From NCBI GenBank assembly GCA_032249525.1, contig JAVVHK010000001.1:1-36449 (forward strand): a DNA stretch of 36,449 nucleotides, given 5' to 3'. This document shows, in pieces, positions 8,725 through 18,760 of the stretch. The DNA comes from Bacteroidota bacterium (GTDB lineage Bacteria > Bacteroidota > Bacteroidia > SpSt-205). Position 1 is the first letter of the stretch. The number at the start of each line of letters is the position of its first letter. The notes under the pieces were generated by a model. The model searched no databases. It was not told the DNA's origin and saw only the letters and a program-made list of their open reading frames with translations. The translations under genes and the position numbers were made by a program.

Positions 8725-9995
8725 AAGGTCCAATATTGCAGGGGCTCGTGAATCCGACACCGAAACTTACCCTTGATATCTACGAAGAGGGCGTGGGGTT
8801 TAGCCCAGGCCTCAAAGTCTTTCTGGGAGAGGGCAAGGTACGGCTTATGAGGCACAGCTAAGACGAGGGCGTGATAGGCGTGCGGACGAGGCTCCGTCAG
8901 GGTAATGCCATACTCCTCAGCTACTTCCTCGGGATGGGCTAAAGGATCGTGCACTTCTACTTGGGCGCCATGATTGCGGAGGGTCAGGTAAAGGTCATAG
9001 ACCTTCGTGTTTCGGATATCGGGGACATCTTCCTTGAAGGTGAAGCCTAAGATGAGGATATGCCAGGGAGTGGGATGCTGGGATTGGGCGAGGTTTTGAA
9101 GGAGTATTTCGGCGATGCGGCGGGGCATCTCGTCATTGACTCGGCGACCAGCTAAGATGAGCTGAGGATGAAAGCCGATTCCTGCCGCTTTATAGGTAAG
9201 GTAATAGGGGTCCACGCCAATGCAGTGCCCCCCTACCAGCCCCGGCGTATAACGATGGAAGTTCCACTTTGTACTGGCCGCTTCTAAAACATCATACACA
9301 CTAAGGCCCATTTCGTGGAAAAGGAGGGCCAGTTCGTTGATGAGGGCAATATTGAGGTCGCGCTGGGTGTTTTCAATAACCTTAGCGGCTTCAGCGACCT
9401 TAATAGAAGGAGCTTTATGTACAGGCGCCTCCAAAACCCGTTGATAGACCTCAGCAATGTAATCTAAGGCTTCTGGATGAATCCCAGAGACGACCTTAGG
9501 GATTTTCTCAAAGGGATGTTCCGGATCCCCGGGATTGATACGCTCAGGTGAGTAGCCCACCCAGAAGTCCTCCCCCGCCTTAAGGCCGCTCTGCTCCAAT
9601 ATGGGGATACACACCTCCTCTGTGCAGCCCGGATAGACGGTACTTTCATACACCACCGTATCTCCCTTCTTGAGAATTTGGGCGAGGGCTTCGCTGGCCT
9701 TTCGGAGGGGAGTCAGGTCAGGAACTTTGTAGATATCAATGGGGGTTGGCACCGTAACAATAAAGAAGTTGGCTTCTCGGAGTTTCTCAAGGTCTGCGGT
9801 AAAGGTGAGGTTAGGATTTTGGAGGGCATCGGCAGGGACTTCATGATTTCGGTCATACCCTTTTAGAAGCTCTTCTATGCGTTTGGAGTTGATATCGTAG
9901 CCAATGACGGGGTAATGCTTAGCAAAGGCGGCAGCCACCGGCAGCCCGACATAACCTAAACCTACGACACCTACTTTAGGAGACACCTTTGGCAC
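8721..9995 (-). CDS. Nucleotide-sugar 6-dehydrogenase (TviB/WbpO/WbpA-like UDP-N-acetyl-hexosamine dehydrogenase)
   Basis: '[17 protein letters not shown]' is a Rossmann motif at the N-terminus and '[12 protein letters not shown]' carries the catalytic Cys. I moved the start from 10235 to the GTG at 9995, which lies 4 nt after TACCTTTG. The ORF-track extension has no homology-like content and would overlap icmF. Confidence 0.85.
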   Translation of the reverse strand: MPKVSPKVGVVGLGYVGLPVAAAFAKHYPVIGYDINSKRIEELLKGYDRNHEVPADALQNPNLTFTADLEKLREANFFIVTVPTPIDIYKVPDLTPLRKASEALAQILKKGDTVVYESTVYPGCTEEVCIPILEQSGLKAGEDFWVGYSPERINPGDPEHPFEKIPKVVSGIHPEALDYIAEVYQRVLEAPVHKAPSIKVAEAAKVIENTQRDLNIALINELALLFHEMGLSVYDVLEAASTKWNFHRYTPGLVGGHCIGVDPYYLTYKAAGIGFHPQLILAGRRVNDEMPRRIAEILLQNLAQSQHPTPWHILILGFTFKEDVPDIRNTKVYDLYLTLRNHGAQVEVHDPLAHPEEVAEEYGITLTEPRPHAYHALVLAVPHKPYLALSQKDFEAWAKPHALFVDIKGKFRCRIHEPLQYWTL

Positions 9996-9999
9996 GGCG

Positions 10000-10007
10000 C
10001 AAAGGTA
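10000..10007 (-). promoter_or_regulatory. -7 promoter box TACCTTTG, 4 nt upstream of the GTG at 9995
   Basis: Minus strand reads ctccTACCTTTGcgccGTGccaaag. Confidence 0.65.
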
Positions 10008-10057
10008 GGAGATAGAAGAAGAAGGTGCGGGATAAATGAGGTTTTTAGCTTTTGTAT

Positions 10058-10065
10058 TACTTTTG
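10058..10065 (+). promoter_or_regulatory. -7 promoter box TACTTTTG, 5 nt upstream of the icmF ATG
   Basis: Plus strand reads ttttgtatTACTTTTGttagcATG. It is divergent from the box at 10000..10007. Confidence 0.65.
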
Positions 10066-10070
10066 TTAGC

Positions 10071-13000
10071 ATGAGCGTAGCGACGCAGCGGTTTGCAGGC
10101 AAGGCGGAGGAGGCTCCGTATCGCTCCACCTATCCCATTCGTATTGTTACAGCCGCGTCCCTCTTTGATGGGCATGATGCGGCGATCAATCTCATGCGTC
10201 GGCTCATGCAAGCCACAGGAGCGGAGGTTATTCACTTAGGTCACAATCGCAGCGCCGCAGAAATTGTAACGGCCGCCATTCAGGAGGATACGCAGGCTGT
10301 AGCTCTCACTTCTTATCAGGGCGGCCACATGGAGTTTTTTCAGTACATCCGAGACCTTCTGAATGAGGCAGGCTATTCTCACATGCGGATTTTCGGTGGG
10401 GGTGGAGGGACGATCCTACCTCATGAGGCGGAGGCCCTTCACCGCTACGGGATTACCCGTATCTACCTCCCCGACGATGGGCGCGCCATGGGACTCCAAG
10501 GCATGATCAACGACCTTATGCGAAAGTCCGACTTTGCCCCTTGGCTGGAAGTAAATACGGATACCCTTCACCGCCTCCCAGAAACCACAGGCCCTTACTA
10601 TAAAGAGCTAGCTCGCGTCCTTAGCCGCTTAGAGAACGACCCCGACTTCATCCGAGCTGAGCTGCAAAAACTCTCTATTGAGAAAAAAGCCCCGGTCATA
10701 GGCGTTACGGGCACGGGCGGCGCCGGAAAAAGCTCCCTCACGGATGAGTTTGTACAGCGGTTTCTGCGCTACTTCCCCGATAAACGGCTGGCTATTCTCT
10801 CTATTGACCCTTCGCACCGCAAAAGTGGGGGCGCGCTCTTGGGTGACCGCCTCCGCATGAATAGCATTTACCACCCGAATGTTTTTATGCGCTCCTTTGC
10901 TACGCGCACACCGCACCGCTCCGTACCGCCCTTCCTAAGAGAGGCCATTCAACTCCTCCAACTGGCAGGCTTTGACCTCATTTGGATAGAAACGGCCGGC
11001 ATTGGTCAGGCAGATACGGAAATTACGGATTATGCCGACCTCACCGTCTATGTGATGACGCCTGAGTTTGGCGCTCCCTCCCAGCTGGAAAAAATAGACA
11101 TGCTGGAGTATGCGGACTTTGTAGTGCTGAATAAGTTTGATCGCAAGGGGGCCCAGGATGCTCTCTATGCCGTGCGTAAGCAGTATCAGCGAAACTTCAA
11201 GCGCTTTTCGGAGCCGCTGGAAGCCATGCCGGTATATCCCACCTTAGCGTCCAACTTCAACGACCCCGGGGTAAATCGCTTTTTCAAGGCGCTGATGGAA
11301 AAGGTACGGAGTTTGAGGCCAGAGGGTTGGGCCGCTGTTGAGGCTATTCCTACGGATGATCGGCCCCTCTCCGCCTCGCAGATTATTCCACCAGCCCGCC
11401 AGCGCTACCTCTCCGAAATCGCCGACACTATCCGCCGCTACAACGCCTGGGTAGAAGAACAAGCCCGAATCGCCGATAAACTCCAAGCCATTGAGCAGCT
11501 GTCGGAGCTACCCCCCGCTCAGCGCGAAGAGCTAAGGCAAGCTTACCGCCAAGCCCTCGCCCCCGAAGTCCAAACCATCTTAGAAAAGTGGGAAGAAACC
11601 CTGGCCCGTTATCAAGCGCCCTACTATGAGTACACCGTACGCGACCGGGTGGTGCGAGTAGCGACCCATACGGAGAGCCTCTCCCACAATCAAATCCCCA
11701 AGATAGCAGTGCCTCGTTTTCGCAGTTGGGGAGACCGGGTGCGCTGGGCCCTTCAGGAAAACTTTCCGGGACACTTCCCCTATACGGCCGGGGTATTCCC
11801 CTTCAAGCGCACAGAAGAGGAAGCCACCCGCATGTTTGCCGGCGAAGGTACCCCCGAACGTACCAACCGCCGTTTCCACTACTTAGCCTCCGGACTCTCC
11901 GCTAATCGCCTCAGTACCGCCTTTGATTCCGTTACCCTATATGGCGAAGACCCCGATTACCGGCCCGACATCTACGGCAAAATCGGAAACTCGGGCGTCT
12001 CCATCGCTACCCTGGATGACATGAAGAAGCTTTACTCCGGCTTTGACCTATGCGACCCCAAAACCTCCGTCTCCATGACCATCAATGGCCCCGCCCCTGC
12101 CATCCTGGCTATGTTCTTCAACACCGCCATTGACCAGCTGTGTGAAAAGTACATTCGGGAAAATGGCCTTACAGAGGAGGTAGAGCAGTATATTCAGGCC
12201 AAATACGAACGTTTAGGTCAGCCGCGTCCCCGTTATGAAGGCCGCTTACCCGACCGCCACAATGGCTTAGGCCTCCTCCTGCTTGGCGTTACCGGCGATG
12301 AAGTCCTCCCCAAAGAAATTTATGAGCAGCTCAAAGCCAAGGCTCTCTCCCAAGTGCGCGGCACCGTCCAAGCCGACATCCTCAAAGAAGACCAGGCCCA
12401 AAATACCTGCATCTTTGCCATTGACTTTGCCTTGCGCCTCATGGCCGACATCCAAGCTTACTTCATTCAGCACAAAATCCGAAACTTCTACTCGGTCTCT
12501 ATCTCAGGCTATCACATTGCGGAGGCCGGCGCCAATCCCGTCACCCAGCTCGCCTTCACCTTAGCTAACGGCTTTACCTACTTAGAATATTACCGCGCTC
12601 AGGGCATGAACATAGACGACTTTGTGCCAAACTTCTCGTTCTTTTTCTCCAATGGCATGGACCCAGAGTATGTGGTGATTGGACGGGTGGCGCGACGCAT
12701 CTGGGCCAAAGCCCTCAAATACCTTTACAACGCCTCCCCCCGCAGCCAAATGCTCAAGTACCATGTGCAAACCTCAGGACGATCCCTCCACGCCCAGGAG
12801 ATTGCGTTTAATGACATTCGTACTACCTTGCAGGCTCTTTATGCTTTGGCAGACAACTGCAACTCCCTCCATACCAATGCCTACGATGAAGCCATTACGA
12901 CGCCCACCGAAGAGTCTGTGCGCCGGGCCGTCGCTATTCAGCTCATCATCCAGAAGGAGCTCGGCCTCCTCAAAAACGAAAACCCCTGGCAAGGGAGCTT

Positions 13001-13457
13001 CTTCATAGAATGGCTAACGGACTTAGTGGAGGAGCGAGTGCTAGAAGAATTTGACCGGCTGAATGAACGTGGCGGCGTCTTAGGCGCAATGGAACTAGGC
13101 TACCAGCGCGCCAAAATCCAAGAAGAATCCCTCTATTACGAAACTCTTAAACACACAGGCCAGCTCCCCATCATCGGCGTCAATACCTTCTTAGGACCAG
13201 ATGGCTCCCCCACCGACATCCCCAATGAAGTCGTGCGCTCCACCCCCGAAGAGAAAGAACAGCAAATCCTCTCTCTAAAAGCCTTTCAGGCGCGCAACGC
13301 CGATAAGGCCCCCACAGCCTTAGCCGAACTCCAAAAAGCCGCCCTCTCCGGAGCCAATACCTTCGCCGCCCTCATGGAGGCCGTCAAGGTCGCCTCCCTC
13401 GGCCAAATAACCCACGCCCTCTACGAAGTAGGCGGACGTTACCGCCGAAATATGTAA
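10071..13457 (+). CDS. icmF: Fused isobutyryl-CoA mutase (IcmF): B12-binding domain, MeaB-like G-protein and mutase catalytic domain
   Basis: 1128 aa. The N-terminal '[12 protein letters not shown]' is a B12-binding His motif, the central P-loop is '[13 protein letters not shown]' with 'NKFD', and the C-terminus is a methylmalonyl-CoA mutase-like barrel. This domain order is diagnostic of IcmF. Confidence 0.9.
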   Translation: MSVATQRFAGKAEEAPYRSTYPIRIVTAASLFDGHDAAINLMRRLMQATGAEVIHLGHNRSAAEIVTAAIQEDTQAVALTSYQGGHMEFFQYIRDLLNEAGYSHMRIFGGGGGTILPHEAEALHRYGITRIYLPDDGRAMGLQGMINDLMRKSDFAPWLEVNTDTLHRLPETTGPYYKELARVLSRLENDPDFIRAELQKLSIEKKAPVIGVTGTGGAGKSSLTDEFVQRFLRYFPDKRLAILSIDPSHRKSGGALLGDRLRMNSIYHPNVFMRSFATRTPHRSVPPFLREAIQLLQLAGFDLIWIETAGIGQADTEITDYADLTVYVMTPEFGAPSQLEKIDMLEYADFVVLNKFDRKGAQDALYAVRKQYQRNFKRFSEPLEAMPVYPTLASNFNDPGVNRFFKALMEKVRSLRPEGWAAVEAIPTDDRPLSASQIIPPARQRYLSEIADTIRRYNAWVEEQARIADKLQAIEQLSELPPAQREELRQAYRQALAPEVQTILEKWEETLARYQAPYYEYTVRDRVVRVATHTESLSHNQIPKIAVPRFRSWGDRVRWALQENFPGHFPYTAGVFPFKRTEEEATRMFAGEGTPERTNRRFHYLASGLSANRLSTAFDSVTLYGEDPDYRPDIYGKIGNSGVSIATLDDMKKLYSGFDLCDPKTSVSMTINGPAPAILAMFFNTAIDQLCEKYIRENGLTEEVEQYIQAKYERLGQPRPRYEGRLPDRHNGLGLLLLGVTGDEVLPKEIYEQLKAKALSQVRGTVQADILKEDQAQNTCIFAIDFALRLMADIQAYFIQHKIRNFYSVSISGYHIAEAGANPVTQLAFTLANGFTYLEYYRAQGMNIDDFVPNFSFFFSNGMDPEYVVIGRVARRIWAKALKYLYNASPRSQMLKYHVQTSGRSLHAQEIAFNDIRTTLQALYALADNCNSLHTNAYDEAITTPTEESVRRAVAIQLIIQKELGLLKNENPWQGSFFIEWLTDLVEERVLEEFDRLNERGGVLGAMELGYQRAKIQEESLYYETLKHTGQLPIIGVNTFLGPDGSPTDIPNEVVRSTPEEKEQQILSLKAFQARNADKAPTALAELQKAALSGANTFAALMEAVKVASLGQITHALYEVGGRYRRNM

Positions 13458-13464
13458 CACCCCC

Positions 13465-15351
13465 CTACAACCCAATCCCCCACGTCGCTAACACCCGCTT
13501 GAGCGTATAAAGGTTCCATAAAAGTTTGCGGTTATTCTGGCGGCGGGAAAGGTGATTCTCCCAAAGGGCCTTCACATAGGAGGCATTAAAAATCTGATCC
13601 GGCGATAACAAAAGCGTCTCCATCTCTTGGCGCAGGTCATGGCGTATCCATTGGGGCAGGGGAATGCCAAAGCCCTTTTTGGGGCGTTGTAATACTTCCT
13701 CAGGTAAGCGGCCTTTCATGAGCTTTTTGAGAATGTATTTGGTCTCGTGGCCGCGCTGCTTATAGGAGCGGGGCAATCTCGTGAGGAATTCTACCACTTC
13801 CCGGTCTAAAAATGGGGCCCGCACTTCCAAGCTGTTGTACATGCTGGCCCGATCCACCTTGAAGAGAATATCTTCTTGCAGGTAGGTCTTGTAATAAATC
13901 AGCAGCACCTTGGAGAAAAGAGGCGGATGGGGTGGCAGCGCTTTCAAAAAAGGGCGGAGGAAGAAGAGGGGTTCTTGCTGGAAGAGCGGGGCGATGGCAT
14001 GCCAGAGGTCTTTTTGCAGGAGGTGGGGAAGGTCTGTGGGTAAGAAGCTAGCCAGCCAGCGGGTGTGGCGCTCCACAGCAGAGCCGGTAAAGCCTTTGAG
14101 GAACTGCCGCACCTTGAAGTCAAAAGCGATATTGGCATCGCTGGTGGGCAAAAGCTTTTCGGCGGTGCGCATGAGCAGATGCACTAAGGGGCGGGGTGCC
14201 CAGGCTAAAAGCCCTTGATAGAGGTCGGCAATAAAAGTGGGATATCCCGCTAAAAGTTCATCCCCGCCGTCCCCTCCCAGCGCTACAATAACTTTTTTAC
14301 GGGTGATTTGCGAGAGAAAGTAAGTAGGCAGGATGGAGGCATCGGCAAAGGGTTCGTCTAACCGGGCAAAGACTTCGTCTAAGAGCTCTCGGGTGCGTTG
14401 GGGGGTGAGGGTTTCCTCGTAGTGGTCGGTGCCGAGGAAGGAGGCGACTTTTCGGGCGTAGGAGCTTTCGTCGTAGGATTTTTCGGTGAAGGCGATGGAG
14501 AAGGTCTGGATAGGGGTGGAGCTATGCTTTTGGGCATAATAGGCGATGGTGGAGCTGTCTATTCCGCCACTTAGGAAGACGCCGACGGGCACATCGGCTA
14601 CTAAGCGGATTTTAGTGGCTTCGGACAGGAGGCTATCCAACTGCTCCCGAGCCTCCTCAAAGGGTATCGTGAGCGGCTTATCAAAAGGTGGCTGCCAATA
14701 CGGCGTAGGGCCTTCTACGATAGCTTTATCTCGGACGACGAGGTAATGGCCGCCTTCTAACTTATGGAGGCCCTCTGTAAGCGCATACGGTGTAGGGATA
14801 TAATCCAGAATCAGGTAAGCGGCCAAGGCTGGGAGGGAGAGGGTTTTAGGCACGGCGGGGTGGAGCCAGAGGGCCTTAGGCTCCGAAGCAAACGCAAAAA
14901 AACCGGGCTGGCTAATATAGTATAGGGGCTTTTTGCCCATGCGGTCCCGAGCTAAGAGAAGCTCCTTTTTCTCCGCATCGTAAAAGGCAAAGGCAAACAT
15001 TCCCCGCAAGCGGGGTAGGGCTGCCCGCCCCCAGGCTATGCAGGCATAGAGTAAGACTTCGGTATCGGAGGTCGTGCGAAAGGTGTAGCCCTGGGCTTGG
15101 AGCTGGGCTTTGAGGTCTGGGAAGTTATAGATTTCGCCGTTGAAGACGAGGGCATATCTCTCATCTGGGCTTCGAAAAGGTTGATGACTGCGCGGGTCTA
15201 AGTCCAGGATGCTCAGCCGAGCAAAAGAGAGATGCAAATCGTGATGTTGCCAGGTACCTTGGTGGTCAGGGCCCCGATGATGCAGCACGGCGGCCATCTT
15301 TTGAGCGAGGGCATGGTCCCCGCTTCCCCAGAAGCCAGCAATCCCACACAT
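13465..15351 (-). CDS. asnB: Asparagine synthase (glutamine-hydrolysing) family amidotransferase
   Basis: 'MCGIAG' is the N-terminal Cys nucleophile and 'FLSGGIDSS' is the PP-loop. 628 aa. It starts 3 nt after the methyltransferase stop. Confidence 0.88.
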   Translation of the reverse strand: MCGIAGFWGSGDHALAQKMAAVLHHRGPDHQGTWQHHDLHLSFARLSILDLDPRSHQPFRSPDERYALVFNGEIYNFPDLKAQLQAQGYTFRTTSDTEVLLYACIAWGRAALPRLRGMFAFAFYDAEKKELLLARDRMGKKPLYYISQPGFFAFASEPKALWLHPAVPKTLSLPALAAYLILDYIPTPYALTEGLHKLEGGHYLVVRDKAIVEGPTPYWQPPFDKPLTIPFEEAREQLDSLLSEATKIRLVADVPVGVFLSGGIDSSTIAYYAQKHSSTPIQTFSIAFTEKSYDESSYARKVASFLGTDHYEETLTPQRTRELLDEVFARLDEPFADASILPTYFLSQITRKKVIVALGGDGGDELLAGYPTFIADLYQGLLAWAPRPLVHLLMRTAEKLLPTSDANIAFDFKVRQFLKGFTGSAVERHTRWLASFLPTDLPHLLQKDLWHAIAPLFQQEPLFFLRPFLKALPPHPPLFSKVLLIYYKTYLQEDILFKVDRASMYNSLEVRAPFLDREVVEFLTRLPRSYKQRGHETKYILKKLMKGRLPEEVLQRPKKGFGIPLPQWIRHDLRQEMETLLLSPDQIFNASYVKALWENHLSRRQNNRKLLWNLYTLKRVLATWGIGL

Positions 15352-15354
15352 AAC

Positions 15355-16086
15355 TTAGGCAGGCTTAGCGATACAGAGCAGAGATGAGCCCGGAATAATC
15401 CCCGGAAGAAGGTAGCTTTCCGCCACAAAATAGTACGCAACCAGCTTATGGAAGAGCGCGTTTATACCCGAGGGGGGTTTGTATTCGGTGTTTCTTCCCT
15501 TGGGAGAGAGTTGGCGTACCAGCCATATGGGGACATACAAGGCATGGAAAAAGTATCGCATAAATAGCACCTTGTAGCCGCTGGCTTCTATCTCTTGGCG
15601 CAAGGTAGAGAAATCATAGCGCAGGTAGTGGCCGTAGTAAGTGTCGTAGTTAGTCCAAAGGCTCATGCAGGCAGGCACGGTGATGTAGAGGTATTGGAGC
15701 TTAGGGAAAGCGGTGCGACACTGGGCGAGAAAGGCCACTCGGTCTGGCAGATGCTCTATGACATCAAATAGACCGATACTTCGTATTTGATTTCGGAGAT
15801 TTTCTGGCAGACTAAAAGCATCTTGGCCGTACTGGATGGGAAGGTTAGGCAGGAAAGGCGTCATTTCATTGGATAGTTCTACGCCGTAGCTCTGCCACCC
15901 CCTCTCTTGGAAGGCATGAAGCATATATCCTCGCCCCGCTCCGATTTCTAAGAGCGGTTCGGCTCGGTAAGGTTTGCAGAGGCGAGTAACGATGCGTCCT
16001 CGGGCCTGATGCCAGAAGTTGCGCTCTATGCCATCCGGATAGGAAGCCAAGGCTTGTGCCCTGTCAAAAGCCGTGCGCTCAGACAT
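15355..16086 (-). CDS. Class I SAM-dependent methyltransferase
   Basis: 'LLEIGAGRGYML' is motif I. 243 aa. It overlaps the GT2 stop by 8 nt. Confidence 0.8.
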   Translation of the reverse strand: MSERTAFDRAQALASYPDGIERNFWHQARGRIVTRLCKPYRAEPLLEIGAGRGYMLHAFQERGWQSYGVELSNEMTPFLPNLPIQYGQDAFSLPENLRNQIRSIGLFDVIEHLPDRVAFLAQCRTAFPKLQYLYITVPACMSLWTNYDTYYGHYLRYDFSTLRQEIEASGYKVLFMRYFFHALYVPIWLVRQLSPKGRNTEYKPPSGINALFHKLVAYYFVAESYLLPGIIPGSSLLCIAKPA

Positions 16087-17035
16087 AGGTGGGTGAAGTA
16101 ATCTTTTCCCGAATGCGGGCCGGCATACGGTGAGTAGCTTCGTAATAAATGCGAATCAACAATTCCGCCATGACACCCATGAGAATCATGAGGACGCCGA
16201 TGCTGATAAAGAGCACGGTAAAAATGGGAAGGGGGGTTTGGACGAAGTCCTTGATGCCGGCAAGTTTGTAATAGAGAGCCCAAAGAAAGGTGCCTAAGCC
16301 CAAGATGATGGAAATAAGGCCTGCGCCCCCGAAGAACTGCATGGGTCTTTGCAGATACTTGTCTAAAAAGAGTATCACGATAAGGTCCAGTAGCACGGAG
16401 ACGATACGCATCATGCCGTAGTGGCTTTTGCCGAAGCGGCGAGGCTGGTAGCGAACGGGAATTTCCGTGATGCGGCCGCCCTCCCACTTAGCATAAATGG
16501 GAATGAATCGGTGCATACGTCCGTAAAGGCGAACCGAAGCAATAACCTCTCGTCTATAGGCCTTGAGGGTGCATCCATAATCATGAAGGTGGACCCCTGA
16601 AAGCCAGCTGATGAGCTTATTAGCAAAGAGGGAGGGGAGACGACGGGTAAGCCACTGGCCTTTCCAGCGGTCTTTGCGCCAGCCGCTCACTACATCGTAC
16701 CCTTCTTCTATCTTTTCTAAGAGACGCGGGATATCGGCGGGGTCGTTTTCCAAATCGGCATCCATGAGTACAATCACTTCCCCCTGCGCTTCTTGGATAC
16801 CCATCCAGATGGCCATCGTTTGGCCGTAGTTACGCGCTAAGCGAATAGCTTTGAGATAAGGATACCGCTGAACTAACTCGCGCAGGACAGTGGGGGTATC
16901 ATCGCGCGAGCCATCATCCACGAAAATCACCTCGGAGGGACCCGGTAAAGCAGCAAGCACCGGGTGAAGAGCCTCCATGAGGTAAGGTAAAGAACGGCTT
17001 TCATTATAGCCCGGAATGACCACAGATAGCCGCAT
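16079..17035 (-). CDS. Family 2 glycosyltransferase, polyprenyl-phosphate sugar transferase type (GtrB/ArnC/DPM1-like)
   Basis: 'VVIPGYNE', 'DDGSRDDT' and 'MDADLENDP' (DxD) are present, followed by two C-terminal TM helices. Confidence 0.85.
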   Translation of the reverse strand: MRLSVVIPGYNESRSLPYLMEALHPVLAALPGPSEVIFVDDGSRDDTPTVLRELVQRYPYLKAIRLARNYGQTMAIWMGIQEAQGEVIVLMDADLENDPADIPRLLEKIEEGYDVVSGWRKDRWKGQWLTRRLPSLFANKLISWLSGVHLHDYGCTLKAYRREVIASVRLYGRMHRFIPIYAKWEGGRITEIPVRYQPRRFGKSHYGMMRIVSVLLDLIVILFLDKYLQRPMQFFGGAGLISIILGLGTFLWALYYKLAGIKDFVQTPLPIFTVLFISIGVLMILMGVMAELLIRIYYEATHRMPARIREKITSPTYV

Positions 17036-17040
17036 CGGCG

Positions 17041-17048
17041 CAAAAGTA
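17041..17048 (-). promoter_or_regulatory. -7 promoter box TACTTTTG, 5 nt upstream of the GT2 ATG
   Basis: Minus strand reads gaataTACTTTTGcgccgATG. Confidence 0.65.
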
Positions 17049-17106
17049 TATTCATTATGGGACTGATGGGGGGAAGGGTGTGGAGTCCGGGAATCTAAAA
17101 GAAGGC

Positions 17107-18651
17107 TTAGATTTCGGCGATGAGGTGGCCGTCTAAGGTGTAGAGTTTAGCGGTGAAGGGGGTTTGAGAGGGGTCTTCGTCTAAGAGGAGCCACCGATGA
17201 GGAAGGAGTCCCCATATCCAGGCGTCCCGAGCTGGATAGCGGCTGCGCCAGTAAGCGGCATGAAGGGGATGGATTTGCAGGCGGAGGGGCTTCCGAGTAT
17301 GGGTAGCGGCATAATAATGAAGGGTCTCCTCTAAGCGGTGCAGTGGGGCTTCGGGATAAGGGAGAGAACCTTGGCCTTTGCAGAGGGGGCAGGAAAGGGT
17401 AGAAGACGAAGTAAGAGGGCTACGACGGCGCTGCCGGGTAATCTGAACCAGCCCAAACTCGCTCATGGGCAAAACCTGATGTTTAGCCCGATCACTTTTC
17501 ATGGCTTCCACGAGCTGCTCCCAGACCCGCTGCCGATTTTCAGGGTCGCGCAGGTCTATAAAGTCCACTACAATGATCCCCCCCAGGTCCCGAAGCCGAA
17601 TCTGCCGAGCAATCTCCCGCGCCGCTAAGAGGTTCGTCTGCAGAAGCGCCTCCTCTGGGGATCTCCCCTGCGTAGGAATCGAGCCGGTATTCACATCAAT
17701 CACATGGAGGGCTTCCGTGTGTTCAATCACAATATAACTCCCATTAGGTAATGTTACAGTGCGGCTGAAAAGAGTGGGTACAATCCGATCCAGCTCAAAG
17801 TATTCTAAGAGGCTTTCTCGGCGGCGATGTAGGCGCAGATGCGGAATCGCCTCGGTGCGAGCGTGATTGAAGTAGGCTTTGAGCTCTTCGTACAGGACGG
17901 GACTTTCCACATAGATAGCGTCCACAGAGGGGCTGAGCATTTCTCGGAGGAGGGTTTGGAGGGGGGAGCTATTAGAGGTAAGCCGAAAGGGAGGGGTTTG
18001 GCGGGTCAGCTGCCGAGTAAGACCCTCCCACTCTTGAATGAGTCGCTCGTACTCCGCCGCAATATCTTCAGCAGAAGCATTTTCAGCGCTGCTACGAACA
18101 ATCAGACCGTAAGGAGGACGATATAGGCTTTGTATGATTTCTCGGAGCCTCTGGCGAGCTAAAGGATTCGTTATGCGCGTAGAAACCCCCAGCTCCCGCG
18201 AAAGCGGCACCAAAATCACTAAATGCCCTATCAGCGACAGATGCGAGCTCAACCGAGGCCCCTTGGTGGCCACCATGTCTTTCTCTAACTGCACCAGAAC
18301 CCAGTCCCCCACCTTCAGAAGTTCCTTTATAGGGCGATCGCGAGAGGGTTGTGCCGGAAGCTCTTCCCAGTTTGGCAAGGGCTTTCCGTATCGGATATGC
18401 TCCAAAAAGGCCTTCTTCCATAAAAAAGTTGAGCCCAAGTCGGTGTAATGCAAAAAACCCTCCTTAGAAAGCCCGATATCAACAAAGGCAGAGTTTAGTC
18501 CCTCCGCGATCCGAGAAACAACCCCGACAAAGATATCTCCCAGCACATAAGCGGCCTGCCTCGGCACCGGATAATACTCCACCAGGTGCCGATTCTCTAA
18601 TAAAAATCCGTCTAATCGCCCCCCTTCCTCAACAATGACGAGCTCCCGCAA
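17107..18651 (-). CDS. rng: Ribonuclease E/G family protein (RNase G-like)
   Basis: It has an S1 domain ('GDIFVGVVSRIAEGLNSAFVDIG'), 'HVIDVNTG' and 'GGIIVVDFIDL' catalytic-core motifs, and a 'CPLCKGQG' Zn-link. 514 aa with a TTG start 6 nt after the bS22-type gene. Confidence 0.88.
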   Translation of the reverse strand: MRELVIVEEGGRLDGFLLENRHLVEYYPVPRQAAYVLGDIFVGVVSRIAEGLNSAFVDIGLSKEGFLHYTDLGSTFLWKKAFLEHIRYGKPLPNWEELPAQPSRDRPIKELLKVGDWVLVQLEKDMVATKGPRLSSHLSLIGHLVILVPLSRELGVSTRITNPLARQRLREIIQSLYRPPYGLIVRSSAENASAEDIAAEYERLIQEWEGLTRQLTRQTPPFRLTSNSSPLQTLLREMLSPSVDAIYVESPVLYEELKAYFNHARTEAIPHLRLHRRRESLLEYFELDRIVPTLFSRTVTLPNGSYIVIEHTEALHVIDVNTGSIPTQGRSPEEALLQTNLLAAREIARQIRLRDLGGIIVVDFIDLRDPENRQRVWEQLVEAMKSDRAKHQVLPMSEFGLVQITRQRRRSPLTSSSTLSCPLCKGQGSLPYPEAPLHRLEETLHYYAATHTRKPLRLQIHPLHAAYWRSRYPARDAWIWGLLPHRWLLLDEDPSQTPFTAKLYTLDGHLIAEI

Positions 18652-18657
18652 GGGACC

Positions 18658-18753
18658 TTAGCGAATCTTCTTCTTGTGGCGATTTAGACGGCGACGTTTC
18701 TTAAGTTTGTGGCGCTTGATTTTTTTGAGCTTGCGCTTCCTTCCGCATGGCAT
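18658..18753 (-). CDS. 31-aa highly basic mini-protein, bS22-type (AURKAIP1/COX24-like) ribosomal protein. Absent from the ORF track.
   Basis: Hand translation gives MPCGRKRKLKKIKRHKLKKRRRLNRHKKKIR*. This matches the pattern MPxGKKRK..H K..KRR.R.NRHKKK that I recall for Bacteroidetes and mycobacterial bS22. It has an ATG 7 nt after TACCTTTG and a TAA stop. Confidence 0.7.
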   Translation of the reverse strand: MPCGRKRKLKKIKRHKLKKRRRLNRHKKKIR

Positions 18754-18760
18754 AGCAGGG

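Noticed and set aside
9996-10235. An 80-codon N-terminal extension of the nucleotide-sugar dehydrogenase ORF that overlaps icmF on the opposite strand.
   Set aside because: The extension crosses both divergent promoter boxes, has low-complexity off-frame-like composition, and places the Rossmann fold 90 aa from the N-terminus. The GTG at 9995, 4 nt after TACCTTTG, fits every other gene in the window.
16026-16487. A 153-aa alternative-frame ORF overlapping the GT2 and methyltransferase junction.
   Set aside because: It has the same off-frame composition (R/H/P/L-rich), no start signal, and lies fully inside two well-supported genes.
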